Source: Planctomycetota bacterium (GTDB lineage: Bacteria; Planctomycetota; UBA11346). Taken from it: a stretch of DNA of 36,861 nucleotides. Where the stretch lies: contig JBBQSO010000052.1 of assembly GCA_038213805.1 (NCBI GenBank), positions 1-36,861 of the forward strand, written 5' to 3'. This document shows positions 1 through 9,934 of this stretch, one piece after another; positions within the stretch are counted from its first letter, which is position 1, and every line of letters starts with the position of its first letter. The notes beneath the pieces are model-generated. The model was not told the DNA's origin, searched no databases, and saw nothing but the letters and a program-made list of their open reading frames with translations. The translations under genes and the position numbers were made by a program.

Positions 1-23
1 CTCAGAATCTTTTTTCTGCACTA

Positions 24-181
24 CCCAGGGCTTCGCCCTGGGCTGGTCCTCTGGCCGCGCCGTTGGCGCTCTGGGCAGACAGCCACGATGTCCCCCGTGA
101 CCTGCCGAACGTCCTGCTGACTTGTGGGTAATGGGTAGGGCTCACGCCCTGGGCTAATTTCTTCCGCCCACTCCGTGGGCT
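24..181. repeat. Two REP-like double-hairpin palindromic elements
   Basis: 24-70 CCCAGGGC-TTC-GCCCTGGG...GCGCC-GTT-GGCGC and 137-181 AGGGC-TCAC-GCCCTGGGCT...GCCCAC-TCC-GTGGGC share the same layout and lie intergenically downstream of the DMT gene. Confidence 0.65.
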
Positions 182-239
182 CATGTGACGTCATACCCGC
201 ACTGAGACCGAGCTCGCACGGTGAACCGCGCTGCGTCCC

Positions 240-608
240 CTAGGACGCGCCGACCACCTGCGCCCGCGGCCACAGCGCCACCGCCAGGCCACCGAGGATC
301 ATGGCCATCCCGGCGACGTCCTGCCAACGCAGCGTGGACTTGAGGTAGATCAGGCTGAAGGCGATGAATACCAGCAGGGCGATGCCTTCCTGCATGATCT
401 TGAGCTGGGGTGCCGTGAACGGCCCACCAAGCTCAATGGCACCAAAGCGGTTGGCCGGCACGGCCAGGGCGTATTCCGGCAGCGCGATCAGCCACGAGAT
501 CAAGATGATCGCGACCAGTGGCAGGGCGCCGTCCTTGGCCTTGAGGTGCCAGTACCACGCCGTGGTCATGAAGAGATTCGAGCCCACCAGCAGCAGCACC
601 GTCCTCAT
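240..608 (-). CDS. DMT family small membrane protein (DUF486-like)
   Basis: SNLFMTTAWYWHLK, ISWLIALPEY, VPANR and QLKIMQE motifs; four hydrophobic segments; ATG at 608 overlaps the larB stop (ATGA). Confidence 0.85.
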   Translation of the reverse strand: MRTVLLLVGSNLFMTTAWYWHLKAKDGALPLVAIILISWLIALPEYALAVPANRFGAIELGGPFTAPQLKIMQEGIALLVFIAFSLIYLKSTLRWQDVAGMAMILGGLAVALWPRAQVVGAS

Positions 609-1288
609 GGCACGGCCGGCGGCACCTGCGGCGTGGCGATGCCCGCGCACTTGCGCGCGATGGTCGCGGCAGCGTAGCCGGCACCAAAGCCGTTATCGAT
701 GTTGACCACGGTCACACCCGGTGAGCAGCACGCGAGCATGGCGTTGAGCGCGGCGTGGCCGCCGCTCGCCACGCCGTAGCCGACCGAGGTGGGGCAGGCG
801 ATCACCGGACTGTCGAGCAGACCGCCGACCACCGACGGCAGCGCGCCATCCATGCCCGCGACCACCACCACCACCACGCAGCGACGCAGCGCCTCGAGGT
901 GGCCGAGCAGGCGGTGCAGGCCGGCGACACCGCAGTCGCGGTAGCGCTCGACCGCGACCGCGCGCGCGGCCAGGGTCACTGCGCACTCCTCGGCGACCGG
1001 CTCGTCGCTGGTGCCGGCTGAAAGCACGGCCACCGGCCCGCACTCGCTGGGCCGCTCGCCGAACAGGAAGGTGCCGCTGCGCGGGTGCGCACGCCCCTTA
1101 GGCAGCGAGGCCTGCAGCGCCGCGAGCGCCTCGGTGCTAGCGCGCGTGACCAGCACCTGGCCATGCGCCTCGGCCAGACGCGTTGCCGCGGCCAGTACTT
1201 CGTTGACGGTCTTGCCGGCTGCGAAGACCGCCTCGGGATAGCCCAGGCGGCGTTGGCGGTCGAAATCGAGATGGAGCGTGTCAGTCAT
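605..1288 (-). CDS. larB: Nickel pincer cofactor biosynthesis protein LarB
   Basis: DFDRQRRLGYPEAVF, AGTSD, DCGVAGLHRL, AGMDGALPSVV, PTSVGYG and VVNIDNG motifs. Confidence 0.92.
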   Translation of the reverse strand: MTDTLHLDFDRQRRLGYPEAVFAAGKTVNEVLAAATRLAEAHGQVLVTRASTEALAALQASLPKGRAHPRSGTFLFGERPSECGPVAVLSAGTSDEPVAEECAVTLAARAVAVERYRDCGVAGLHRLLGHLEALRRCVVVVVVAGMDGALPSVVGGLLDSPVIACPTSVGYGVASGGHAALNAMLACCSPGVTVVNIDNGFGAGYAAATIARKCAGIATPQVPPAVP

Positions 1289-1343
1289 GGGGATCCGGCC
1301 AACCGTCGGGGGCGGAGGCGTGGTGCAATGGGATTGTGCGGGG

Positions 1344-1461
1344 GAGGCGCGAGGGACGAGGTGCGAAGTGCGAAGTGCGAGGAACAGCAGACAGCGAGAA
1401 GCGAGAAGCGAGAAGCGAGAAGCGAGAAGCGAGAAGCGAGAAGCGAGAAGCGAGAAGCGAG
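1344..1461. repeat. Heptamer tandem array (GCGAGAA x9 plus partial) with a degenerate 7-mer lead-in
   Basis: GCGAGAA repeated 1394-1461, preceded by GAGGCGC GAGGGAC GAGGTGC GAAGTGC GAAGTGC GAGGAAC. Confidence 0.95.
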
Positions 1462-1512
1462 GGTTACGCGGCTCCGCACAGCCGCTGCGAGGAATCCCGG
1501 TTCAGAACGGGT

Positions 1513-2415
1513 TCAGCCGTCGCGCGCTGCTGCGCTCTCGACACTGCCCGACGGCAGCAGGGCATTGAACCCCCCGCTCACCAGCCCCCCGAGGTCGAGG
1601 GTCACATGCGCATATCCCAGCGCGCGCAGCGCAGCGGTGATGGGCGCGCGCAGCGCGACCAGCTCGGTCAGCTGCGCCGCGGGCACCTCGATGCGGCAGA
1701 GCAACCCGCGCTCCCCGGACTGGTGGTGGCGGGCGCGGCACTCTGCGAAACCATGGCCCTTCAGGACACCTTCCGCGGCCTCGATCATGCGTAGGCCGGC
1801 GACGGTGACGCGCTCGCCATAGGGTACGCGGCTGGACAGGCAGGGCTCGGCAGGGCGGTTCCAGCTGGCCAGGCCGCGTGCGCGTGAGCGCTCCCGCACC
1901 TCCGCCTTGGTGAAGCCGAGGGTGGCGAGCGGCCACTGCGCCCCGGCCTCGGCAGCCGCGCGCATGCCGGGCCGGTGGTCACCAAGGTCATCGGCGATCG
2001 CGCCGATAAGCAGCGCCGCGTCGCCGCGCTGCGCGCGCGTCGCCGCCGCCAGGCCGTGCATGGCGCGTAGCAGCGCCGCCTTGCAGTGATAGCAGCGGCG
2101 GCCGTCGTTGGCGAGGTACTCCTCGCGCTCGAACTCGTCGGTCTTGACCACCACATGGCGGATGCCCCGCGCGCGGCAGAAGGCCTCGGCCTCGGCAAGG
2201 CTGGCGCGCGTCAGGCTGGGGCTGTCGGCGGTGACCGCGAGCACGCGCTCCCCGAGCGCGTCATGGGCGACCTGCAGCAGATAGGTGGAATCGACGCCTG
2301 CCGAGAATGCCACCATCGCCTCGCCATAACCGGCGAGCACCCCGACCAGCGCCGCCTCCTTGGCAAGCAGCGCGGCATCCGCAGATGCGACCGGCGAGGG
2401 CAGGGTGACCGACAT
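1513..2415 (-). CDS. larE: ATP-dependent sulfur transferase LarE
   Basis: PP-loop AFSAGVDS, RCYHCK, DDLGDHRPG, CLSSRVPYG; adjacent to larB. Confidence 0.92.
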   Translation of the reverse strand: MSVTLPSPVASADAALLAKEAALVGVLAGYGEAMVAFSAGVDSTYLLQVAHDALGERVLAVTADSPSLTRASLAEAEAFCRARGIRHVVVKTDEFEREEYLANDGRRCYHCKAALLRAMHGLAAATRAQRGDAALLIGAIADDLGDHRPGMRAAAEAGAQWPLATLGFTKAEVRERSRARGLASWNRPAEPCLSSRVPYGERVTVAGLRMIEAAEGVLKGHGFAECRARHHQSGERGLLCRIEVPAAQLTELVALRAPITAALRALGYAHVTLDLGGLVSGGFNALLPSGSVESAAARDG

Positions 2416-2467
2416 GCCGGTTTCTACCGGCGCTGGCGCAGCGGCACAAGCCGCGAAGGCCGGACGC

Positions 2468-3385
<918 letters not shown>

Positions 3386-3420
3386 GGGGCACCGGGGAAG
3401 CTGGAGGGAGGAAAGTAGGG

Positions 3421-3604
3421 GAGACGCGAGGGACGAGGGACAGCAAACAGCAGAAGAAGCGAAGCGAGAAGCGAGAAACCAGGGACCATCAGCCATCAGC
3501 CATCAGCCATCAGCCATCAGCCATCAGCCATCAGCCATCAGCCATCAGCCATCAGCCATCAGCCATCAGCCATCAGCCATCAGCCATCAGCCAACAGCCA
3601 TCAG
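3421..3604. repeat. Composite heptamer array: degenerate GAG/CAG 7-mers, then CCATCAG x17 (one CCAACAG variant)
   Basis: CCATCAG units run 3486-3604 and end 12 nt before the rph ATG. Confidence 0.95.
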
Positions 3605-3616
3605 CCAAGGACTCCC

Positions 3617-4300
3617 ATGCGCCCCATCTCCTTCCAGCGTTCCTACCTCAAGCATCCCGCTGGCTCCTGCCTGGTCTCCTTCGGCGAGACCCGGGTGCTG
3701 TGCAGCATCTCGATCGAAAAGGAGGTGCCCCCGTTCCGGCGCGGCACCGGCGGCGGCTGGCTGACCGCGGAATATTCGATGCTGCCCGGTTCGACCAGCC
3801 CGCGGAAACGCCGCGACGGGGCCAAGCAGGATGGCCGCAGCGTCGAGATCCAGCGCCTGATCGGGCGCAGCCTGCGCGCGGCGGTCGACCTGGCCAAGCT
3901 TGGCGAGGTTACCATCGCCATCGACTGCGATGTGCTGCAGGCCGATGGCGGCACGCGCACCGCGGCCATCACCGGCAGCTGGGTGGCCCTGCACGACGCG
4001 CTCAGCACCCTGGCGCGGCAGCAGAAGACCGCCGGTCCGCAGCACTACCTGCTCGGCCAGATCGCCGCGGTCAGCGTCGGCCTGGTCGATGGCAAGGTGG
4101 TCGTCGACCTGGACTACGCCAACGACAGCCGCGCCGAGGTCGACATGAATGTGGTGATGCGCGGCAGCGACTTCATCGAGGTCCAGGGCTGTGGCGAGAA
4201 CGGCAGCTTCAGCCGCACCCAGCTCGACGGCCTGCTTGACGCCGCTGCAGGTGGCCTGCAGGGGATCTTCACCGCGCAGCGCGCGGCGCTGGGAATCTGA
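3617..4300 (+). CDS. rph: Ribonuclease PH
   Basis: GWLTAEYSMLP, RSVEIQRLIGRSLRA, QADGGTRTAAITG, DMNVVM; AAGGA RBS. Confidence 0.95.
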   Translation: MRPISFQRSYLKHPAGSCLVSFGETRVLCSISIEKEVPPFRRGTGGGWLTAEYSMLPGSTSPRKRRDGAKQDGRSVEIQRLIGRSLRAAVDLAKLGEVTIAIDCDVLQADGGTRTAAITGSWVALHDALSTLARQQKTAGPQHYLLGQIAAVSVGLVDGKVVVDLDYANDSRAEVDMNVVMRGSDFIEVQGCGENGSFSRTQLDGLLDAAAGGLQGIFTAQRAALGI

Positions 4301-4381
4301 ATCCGGATGGAGTGCCCTGCGGGCGCTGCCGGAAGCGTGATCATCAGCCCGTCAGTGGCATGAAGTCGCGTCGGGGTCCTT

Positions 4382-4446
4382 CCTGCGACCGCGCGCCGCT
4401 GGCGCGCAATGCCTGGGACCGCGCGCCAGCGGCGCGCGGTCCCAGG
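4382..4446. repeat. Inverted pair of REP-like palindromes (CCTGGGACCGCGCGCC-family)
   Basis: 4382-4407 CCTGCGACCGCGCGCCGCTGGCGCGC and its near reverse complement at 4421-4446; 4412-4446 also folds into a perfect 16-bp hairpin. Confidence 0.75.
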
Positions 4447-4592
4447 ACTGGCCCTGATGCTGGTGCGGTGGTTCCCCGGCGGAGCGCGACGAGGCCGGCA
4501 GCTGCAACAGGGTGCGCGCAAAACGAAGACACCCGCCCCGGAGACCGGAGCGGGTGCAGCTTCGACCGCCCGGCGGTTGCCGGGCGGAAAAG

Positions 4593-4626
4593 GAAGAAAA
4601 CCACGGTCGGAACCGTGGTTTTCTTC
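4593..4626. terminator. Intrinsic terminator, probably bidirectional, just after HU
   Basis: GAAGAAAACCACGGT-CGGA-ACCGTGGTTTTCTTC is a perfect inverted repeat with T-rich 3' ends on both strands, between convergent rph and HU. Confidence 0.8.
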
Positions 4627-4633
4627 GGTCAGC

Positions 4634-5008
4634 TTACTTGCCGAAGTGGGCCTTGGCTTCCTTCGAGAAGCGGAAGACCAGCTTCTGGCTCTTGGGCTTG
4701 GCGGAGACCTGGATCTCCTTGCCGAACGACATGATGGTGCGCGCGGGCTTCTTGGGGATTTCCTTGAGCACGAGCTTGCCGAGGCCGGGCAGGACGGCGC
4801 CGACCGGCGCGTACTGGAAGAGCACGGCGGTGAGCGAGTCGACCAGCGCGGCGGCCTGCTTCTTGCTGATCTCGCCGGCACCCTTGCCCGACGCGTCGGC
4901 GGCGAGGTGGGCGATGAGCTTGCCCTTGGTGTAGCCCTTGTCCTTGGGCTTGCCCAGGATCGCGGAGGTGACGGACTTCTTGGCGGACTTCTTGGCGGGC
5001 TTGGCCAT
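4634..5008 (-). CDS. HU/IHF family DNA-binding protein with Lys-rich N-terminal extension
   Basis: TKGKLIAHLA, ISKKQAAALVDSL, LPGLGKL, KLVFRFSKEAK. Confidence 0.85.
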   Translation of the reverse strand: MAKPAKKSAKKSVTSAILGKPKDKGYTKGKLIAHLAADASGKGAGEISKKQAAALVDSLTAVLFQYAPVGAVLPGLGKLVLKEIPKKPARTIMSFGKEIQVSAKPKSQKLVFRFSKEAKAHFGK

Positions 5009-5630
5009 GTGTTGCTTTCCCTGTGAGGGGGTGATTGAAGGAAGACATGCTCTTTCTAACGATGAATCCAGCATGTCTAGAGGGATTTCCGCCGCGAGAC
5101 TGCGAAAGCATGGGAAAAGCAGGGTCGCCAGCACGAGGGTCGCTTGTGGCGATGAGGCCAGCGCGCGGCGTTCCATGAAAAATACACATATTCCTCAGTA
5201 AAATCGCCATTTCTTTTCACCGATGCCCGACGCGGACTGGCCGCGCACATCGGCGTGTGGTGTCGCCGCGTGGTGCTGCGGAGGCGGAGTCGCGGCGCGC
5301 GGTGCGCTGTACGAAAAGCGCAGGGCAACCCTGGGATGCTGGTTTCGATCGGCATTTGAGCAGAAGCGGGGGCCGCCACGCACATCATTCCGCATCCGAC
5401 AACGGCATGTCGTCGCACGGAGTGGGAGGTGGCCTGAGTCCACGGGCATGCCACGCAGGGCTCGAGGGCAGCGGTCAGCTCTGGGATTTGCGTTGCGGCT
5501 GTCTCCCGAACCGATCCGCGCCTGCAGGCCCATCCCTCGGCACGCGTCGCATGCCTAGGCGCTGGGCTCCAGGACCACCTATTCTGCCTCTGATGGCTTG
5601 CGTGAGCCCCCACCCGTGGCGCGGAAACTG

Positions 5631-5639
5631 TGGTATAAT
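5631..5639 (+). promoter_or_regulatory. Extended -10 sigma70-type promoter for pilT
   Basis: TGGTATAAT about 42 nt upstream of the pilT ATG; AGGAGA RBS follows. Confidence 0.6.
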
Positions 5640-5680
5640 CCCAGGCTCCGCCCCCGGCGGCGGATGCAGAGGAGACGCGC

Positions 5681-6880
5681 ATGGCCTGGATCGACAACCT
5701 CTTCAAGCTGATGTCGGAGCGCAAGGCCTCCGACCTGCACATGACCAGCGAGCATCAGCCGATGATCCGCGACTCCGGCGACATGATCCCGCTCGAGGGG
5801 GTACCCAAACTCAGCAAGGACCAGGTGAAGCAGATCCTGATGGAGATCTGTCCGGAACGGAACAAGAAGCAGTTCGAGGAGAATTGGGACACCGACTTCG
5901 CCTACGCCCTTGAAGGCATCGGCCGCTTCCGCGCCAACCTCTTCGTCGACCGCTACGGCCCGGGCGGCGTCTTCCGGCGCATCCCGGACAAGATCCTCTC
6001 GGCCGAGCAGCTCGGCCTGCCAGCCGCAGTGCTGCGCATGTGCGAATACAAGAAGGGGCTGGTGCTGGTCACCGGTCCGACCGGCTCCGGCAAGTCGACG
6101 ACCCTGGCGGCGATGATCGACCACATCAACGCCAACCGCAAGGAGCACATCATCACCATCGAGGACCCGGTGGAGTTCGTCCATCCGGCCAAACGTTGCC
6201 TGATCAACCAGCGCGAGATCCACCAGCACACCAAGTCCTTCGCCGTGGCCCTGCGCGCCGCACTGCGCGAGGACCCGGACATCGTCCTGGTCGGCGAGAT
6301 GCGCGATCTCGAGACCACGCGCATCGCCATCGAGACCGCTGAGACCGGCCATCTGGTTTTCGGTACCCTGCACACCTCGACCGCCTCGTCGACCGTGGAC
6401 CGCATCATCAACCAGTTCCCGGCCGAGGAGCAGGAGCAGATCCGTCTGATGCTCGCCGGCAGCCTGCGCGGCGTGGTCGCGCAGAACCTGCTCAAGAAGA
6501 AGGGGGGCGGGCGCCTCGCCGCCCAGGAGATCCTCTTCGTCACCCCCGGCATCGCCGCCAACATCCGCGAGGGCAAGACCTACCAGATCCCGTCGCAGAT
6601 GCAGACCGGCGCCAAGTACGGCATGCAGCTGCTCAACGACGCGCTCGAGAAGCTGGTCAAGGCCGACTCGGTCGAGCCGATGGAGGCCTACGACCGCTCG
6701 ATCGACAAAGAGGACATGGCCAAGAAGCTGCTTGCCCTGGGTTTCAACGTCGAGCAGGCCCAGGCTCAGGCCGCCCACGAAGCGAAGACCGCGGTGAAGC
6801 CGGCCGCTCCCACCTCAGCGGCACCCGAGGCGCCGAAACCCGCTGCCCCGGCTACGCCTGGGTGGAAGCGGCCTGGTTGA
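5681..6880 (+). CDS. pilT: Type IV pilus retraction ATPase PilT
   Basis: Walker A GPTGSGKST, TIEDPVE, ALREDPD, GEMRD, TGHLVFGTLH; Pro/Ala-rich C-terminal tail. Confidence 0.92.
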   Translation: MAWIDNLFKLMSERKASDLHMTSEHQPMIRDSGDMIPLEGVPKLSKDQVKQILMEICPERNKKQFEENWDTDFAYALEGIGRFRANLFVDRYGPGGVFRRIPDKILSAEQLGLPAAVLRMCEYKKGLVLVTGPTGSGKSTTLAAMIDHINANRKEHIITIEDPVEFVHPAKRCLINQREIHQHTKSFAVALRAALREDPDIVLVGEMRDLETTRIAIETAETGHLVFGTLHTSTASSTVDRIINQFPAEEQEQIRLMLAGSLRGVVAQNLLKKKGGGRLAAQEILFVTPGIAANIREGKTYQIPSQMQTGAKYGMQLLNDALEKLVKADSVEPMEAYDRSIDKEDMAKKLLALGFNVEQAQAQAAHEAKTAVKPAAPTSAAPEAPKPAAPATPGWKRPG

Positions 6881-6886
6881 ATGCGG

Positions 6887-7030
6887 GCTGGCGGCTGGCA
6901 GCTGTCGGCTGACGGCGCTGGCGCACTCTCGACTTTCCGTTCGGAGTGATCCTGGTGCATGGGCAAGCAGCGCATGAGCCAGAATTAACCTGCGCGCTGT
7001 CGACTGCGAGCTGTCGGCCGTCAGCCGTCA
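6887..7030. repeat. Two degenerate heptamer arrays between convergent genes
   Basis: 6887-6914 GCTGGCG GCTGGCA GCTGTCG GCTGACG; 6996-7030 GCTGTCG ACTGCGA GCTGTCG GCCGTCA GCCGTCA. Confidence 0.6.
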
Positions 7031-7231
7031 GTGGAACTCCGGCCGCTTCGGTGCGATCCTCGCACCGGGCTGCCGTGCCTTCTTCAGGCCGACCCCGACC
7101 GTCGAGAAGACCTCATCCACCTGCTTGGCGGTGAGCTGGTAGGTCTCGACGATGTAATAGCGGATGTACTCGGGATCGAGTCGCTGGGCGTTCATGCTGC
7201 GCACCAGCCGTTCGAGATCCTTGGTGAACAT
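7028..7231 (-). CDS. Small hypothetical protein (67 aa)
   Basis: Protein-like composition, GC3-rich codons, GGAG upstream, 33 nt behind the STAS gene on the same strand. Confidence 0.7.
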   Translation of the reverse strand: MFTKDLERLVRSMNAQRLDPEYIRYYIVETYQLTAKQVDEVFSTVGVGLKKARQPGARIAPKRPEFH

Positions 7232-7264
7232 CGGCCGGCTCCGGCGTGGGCGGCTCGGGCTGCG

Positions 7265-7615
7265 TCAGCGTTTGGCGACGCGCAAGCCCTGGTCGACCGT
7301 GGCATGGATGGTGAAGATGGTCTCCAGACCGAGGATGCCGAAGATCTCGCGCACGCTCTGGGTGGGGTTGACGAGCTGCAGGTTGCCGCCGGCCTTGCGC
7401 GCCAGGTGCTGGGCGTTGATGAACACGCCCACGCCCGCGCTGGCGATGTAGGTCAGCTCGCTGAGATCGATCACCAGGCGGTTGCTGCCGCCCTTGAAGA
7501 TCTGGTCGATGTGCTGCTCGAGCTCGATGAAGGTGTGACCATCCAGGTAGCCACTGATCTTCAGGATTTGGACCGGCTCGTCGCGGCGGCTGATGATGGT
7601 GAGGCCTGATTTCAT
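7265..7615 (-). CDS. STAS-domain anti-sigma factor antagonist (RsbV/SpoIIAA-like)
   Basis: ISGYLD, VIDLSELTYIASAGVG with the conserved phospho-Ser, VREIFGILGL. Confidence 0.9.
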   Translation of the reverse strand: MKSGLTIISRRDEPVQILKISGYLDGHTFIELEQHIDQIFKGGSNRLVIDLSELTYIASAGVGVFINAQHLARKAGGNLQLVNPTQSVREIFGILGLETIFTIHATVDQGLRVAKR

Positions 7616-7776
7616 CGGGTGTGGCGCGGGGTATCGTGGTGCGGTGGGAGGGCGGTGGGCTGCGCAGCGCTAGCAGGGGCGTGATCAGTGGGCTGGTGGG
7701 TCGGATGGTAGGCAACCCCAGAGTGTGCAGCAAGGGCTTACTGGCATCGCGGATACCGCCCTTAGGCTCACCGTCC

Positions 7777-7983
7777 ATGGCCAAACCGCAGTCTATCGAG
7801 GACCACTTCGCCCAGGTCGAAGACGCCATCGCCGCCCTCGAAACCGGCGAATTGCCGTTGGAGGACGCGCTCAAGCGCTACGAGGCCGGGCTCAAGGCGG
7901 TGCGCCAAGCGCGCACCCTGCTGGATCAGTATACCGCGCGATTGGAAGAGGTGCGAGGCGCCGAACCTCTGCCCGCGCCATGA
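7777..7983 (+). CDS. xseB: Exodeoxyribonuclease VII small subunit
   Basis: LETGELPLEDALKRYEAG motif; 68 aa. Confidence 0.9.
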   Translation: MAKPQSIEDHFAQVEDAIAALETGELPLEDALKRYEAGLKAVRQARTLLDQYTARLEEVRGAEPLPAP

Positions 7984-9014
7984 GCGGGCCGGCGCCTGCG
8001 GCCCATGCCGGGGAGGACCTGGCTGAGGACCCGGGAGTCCTCGCCGACCTGCCCCTCCTGGAGTTCCAGGGCTGGCGCAGCGCACAGCGGCGGGGTGGTG
8101 CCGCGGTGTTGCCGTGGCGTGGGGATCACCTGCGCGCGCGGGCTGAGGCTTCCACCCTGACCCTGCTCGAAACCGCTGAAGACCTCGCGGCGGGCGACTT
8201 GTCCCAGGCCCTGGTGCGCATCCAGAAGGGCCGGGCCGCGACCATGGCTGACCTCGCTGCGGCCTGGCGCGCCCTCGCTCAGGAGGGGGGTCTGCTGGTC
8301 ACCGGCCACAACGACCTCGGCATTACCGGTTGGGCGAAGCGGCTGGCGGCTCAGCTCGGCCAGCCTGGCGAGGTGCTGGCGAACCGCGCTCACGGCCGGG
8401 TGGTGCGGTTCCGCCGCACGGGCGCGGTGCTGCCCATGCCCGGCGCGACAGCGCTGCCGGCCGACGCCGAAGAGGCCGCAGCCGCACGGGCCAGCCTCAG
8501 CGCCTGGCCGGGGGTATTCAGCCGCGACGGCCTGGATGCCGGCACCGCCCTGCTGCAATCCTGCGTGGCGGCGATGCCGCCCGTGGAGATGGTCGCCGAC
8601 CTTGGTTGCGGCGCCGGTCACCTCGCGCTGCACGCGCTGCGCCATGGCGTCGCGGCGCGCGCCCGGCTTTTCGACGCCGACGCGCGCGCGGTGCGCAGCG
8701 CGCGGCACAACCTTACCGCACTCGGCCTTGCCGAACGGGCCCAGGTGGATTGGTGGGACGCTTTCGAGCCAGCTCCGGCGCTCACGGCGGATGTGGTGCT
8801 GCTCAACCCACCCTGTCACGCCGGCGCGGCCAACGATCTCGCCATCGCCCGGCAGCTGTTCAGCGTCGGCTTCAGTATGCTCGCCCCCGGCGGTCGCCTG
8901 CTGGTGGTGGCCAACCGCCAGCTGCCCTACGAGGCCAATCTCGGCTTGCTCGGCCCCATCGACCGCCTCCGCGAGGAGGGCGGCTTCAAGGTGCTCGAAC
9001 TGCGCCACCGCTGA
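7980..9014 (+). CDS. Class I SAM-dependent methyltransferase, RsmC/RlmG-like
   Basis: PGVFSRDGLDAGT, DLGCGAG, NPPCH, VANRQLPYE, GFKVL; ATGA overlap with xseB. Confidence 0.85.
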   Translation: MSGPAPAAHAGEDLAEDPGVLADLPLLEFQGWRSAQRRGGAAVLPWRGDHLRARAEASTLTLLETAEDLAAGDLSQALVRIQKGRAATMADLAAAWRALAQEGGLLVTGHNDLGITGWAKRLAAQLGQPGEVLANRAHGRVVRFRRTGAVLPMPGATALPADAEEAAAARASLSAWPGVFSRDGLDAGTALLQSCVAAMPPVEMVADLGCGAGHLALHALRHGVAARARLFDADARAVRSARHNLTALGLAERAQVDWWDAFEPAPALTADVVLLNPPCHAGAANDLAIARQLFSVGFSMLAPGGRLLVVANRQLPYEANLGLLGPIDRLREEGGFKVLELRHR

Positions 9015-9033
9015 GCTGAGGCGGTACCCCTCC

Positions 9034-9059
9034 CCTGGGAACGCGGGCCACTGGCCCGC
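9034..9059 (+). repeat. REP-like palindrome (same family as 4382-4446)
   Basis: CCTGGGAACGCGGGCCACTGGCCCGC. Confidence 0.7.
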
Positions 9060-9082
9060 AACGTGGAAGCAACATCCCCGTC

Positions 9083-9131
9083 GTCTCGTGTCTCGTGTCT
9101 CGTGTCTCCTGACTCGTGACTCGTGACTCGC
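9083..9131. repeat. Heptamer array GTCTCGT x3, GTCTCCT, GACTCGT x2, GACTCGC
   Basis: Seven in-phase 7-mers upstream of the RsuA-family gene. Confidence 0.85.
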
Positions 9132-9187
9132 GCCTCCCCGCCTCCCCAGTGGCCGTCCCGGCCTCCACGGCTACCCTGCCCCGCGCC

Positions 9188-9919
9188 ATGCCCGACCGCC
9201 TCGACGCCTTTCTCTCACACCGCGGTTTCGGCTCGCGCAGCCAAGTGCGCGAACTGGTGCGCAGCGGCAAGGTCACGGTCGGCGACCTGATCTGCCGCGA
9301 CCAAGCACGCCACCTGCGCGGCGAAGAAGTGCGGGTCGACGGCGTGCTGATCGAGACCGGTCTGACCGCGGCGACGCTGCTGGTGCACAAGCCGCTCGGG
9401 CTGGCCTGCAGCCACGATCCGGGCGAGGCGCCGCTGCTTGAGGACATCATCCCCGAGGACTACGCGCACCTGCCCATGGAGCCCGCCGGCCGCCTTGACC
9501 GCGACACCAGCGGTCTGCTCATCGTCACGTCGTCCGGCGACCTCATCCACTCCCTGACCAATCCGCGCCGGCACATCGCCAAGCGCTATCGCATCGCGTA
9601 CTCCGGCCGCCTGAGCGCCCACGCTGCGGAGCGCTGCGCCAAGGGCATGCAGCTGGAGGACGACCCCAAGCCGACGTTGCCCGCGCGCCTGATCCTCGAG
9701 ACCCCGCGCCTGGATGGCCTGTCAACGGCGACGCTGATCCTGCACGAGGGCCGCTATCATCAGGTGCGGCGCATGATCGCCGCGCTCGGTGGCGAGGTTA
9801 CCGCCCTGCACCGCGACCGCATCGGCGGCCTCGATCTGCCGCGCGACCTGCCGCCCGGGCAGGTGCGCGAGCTGACGGCGGCGGAGCAGGAGCTGCTGTT
9901 CGTGGAGGATGAGGCGTAG
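9188..9919 (+). CDS. rsuA: RsuA-family pseudouridine synthase
   Basis: S4 domain RLDAFL..GSRSQV, HKP, GRLDRDTSGLL, EGRYHQVRRM. Confidence 0.88.
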   Translation: MPDRLDAFLSHRGFGSRSQVRELVRSGKVTVGDLICRDQARHLRGEEVRVDGVLIETGLTAATLLVHKPLGLACSHDPGEAPLLEDIIPEDYAHLPMEPAGRLDRDTSGLLIVTSSGDLIHSLTNPRRHIAKRYRIAYSGRLSAHAAERCAKGMQLEDDPKPTLPARLILETPRLDGLSTATLILHEGRYHQVRRMIAALGGEVTALHRDRIGGLDLPRDLPPGQVRELTAAEQELLFVEDEA

Positions 9920-9934
9920 GCGCGTCTCGCGTCT

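Noticed and set aside
1085..1822. ORFs with SEKREAR or LASRFSL peptide repeats (also AISHQPS at 3342-3764)
   Set aside because: These are translations of the DNA heptamer arrays, mostly overlapping real genes, with no other coding signal
3486..3604. Tandem arrays as CRISPR
   Set aside because: Contiguous 7-mers with no unique spacers and no cas genes
5009..5680. Long HU-pilT intergenic region as an ncRNA or hidden gene
   Set aside because: No recognisable riboswitch, tRNA or protein-like ORF; only promoter-like AT-rich patches. A covariance-model search would be needed to exclude an RNA
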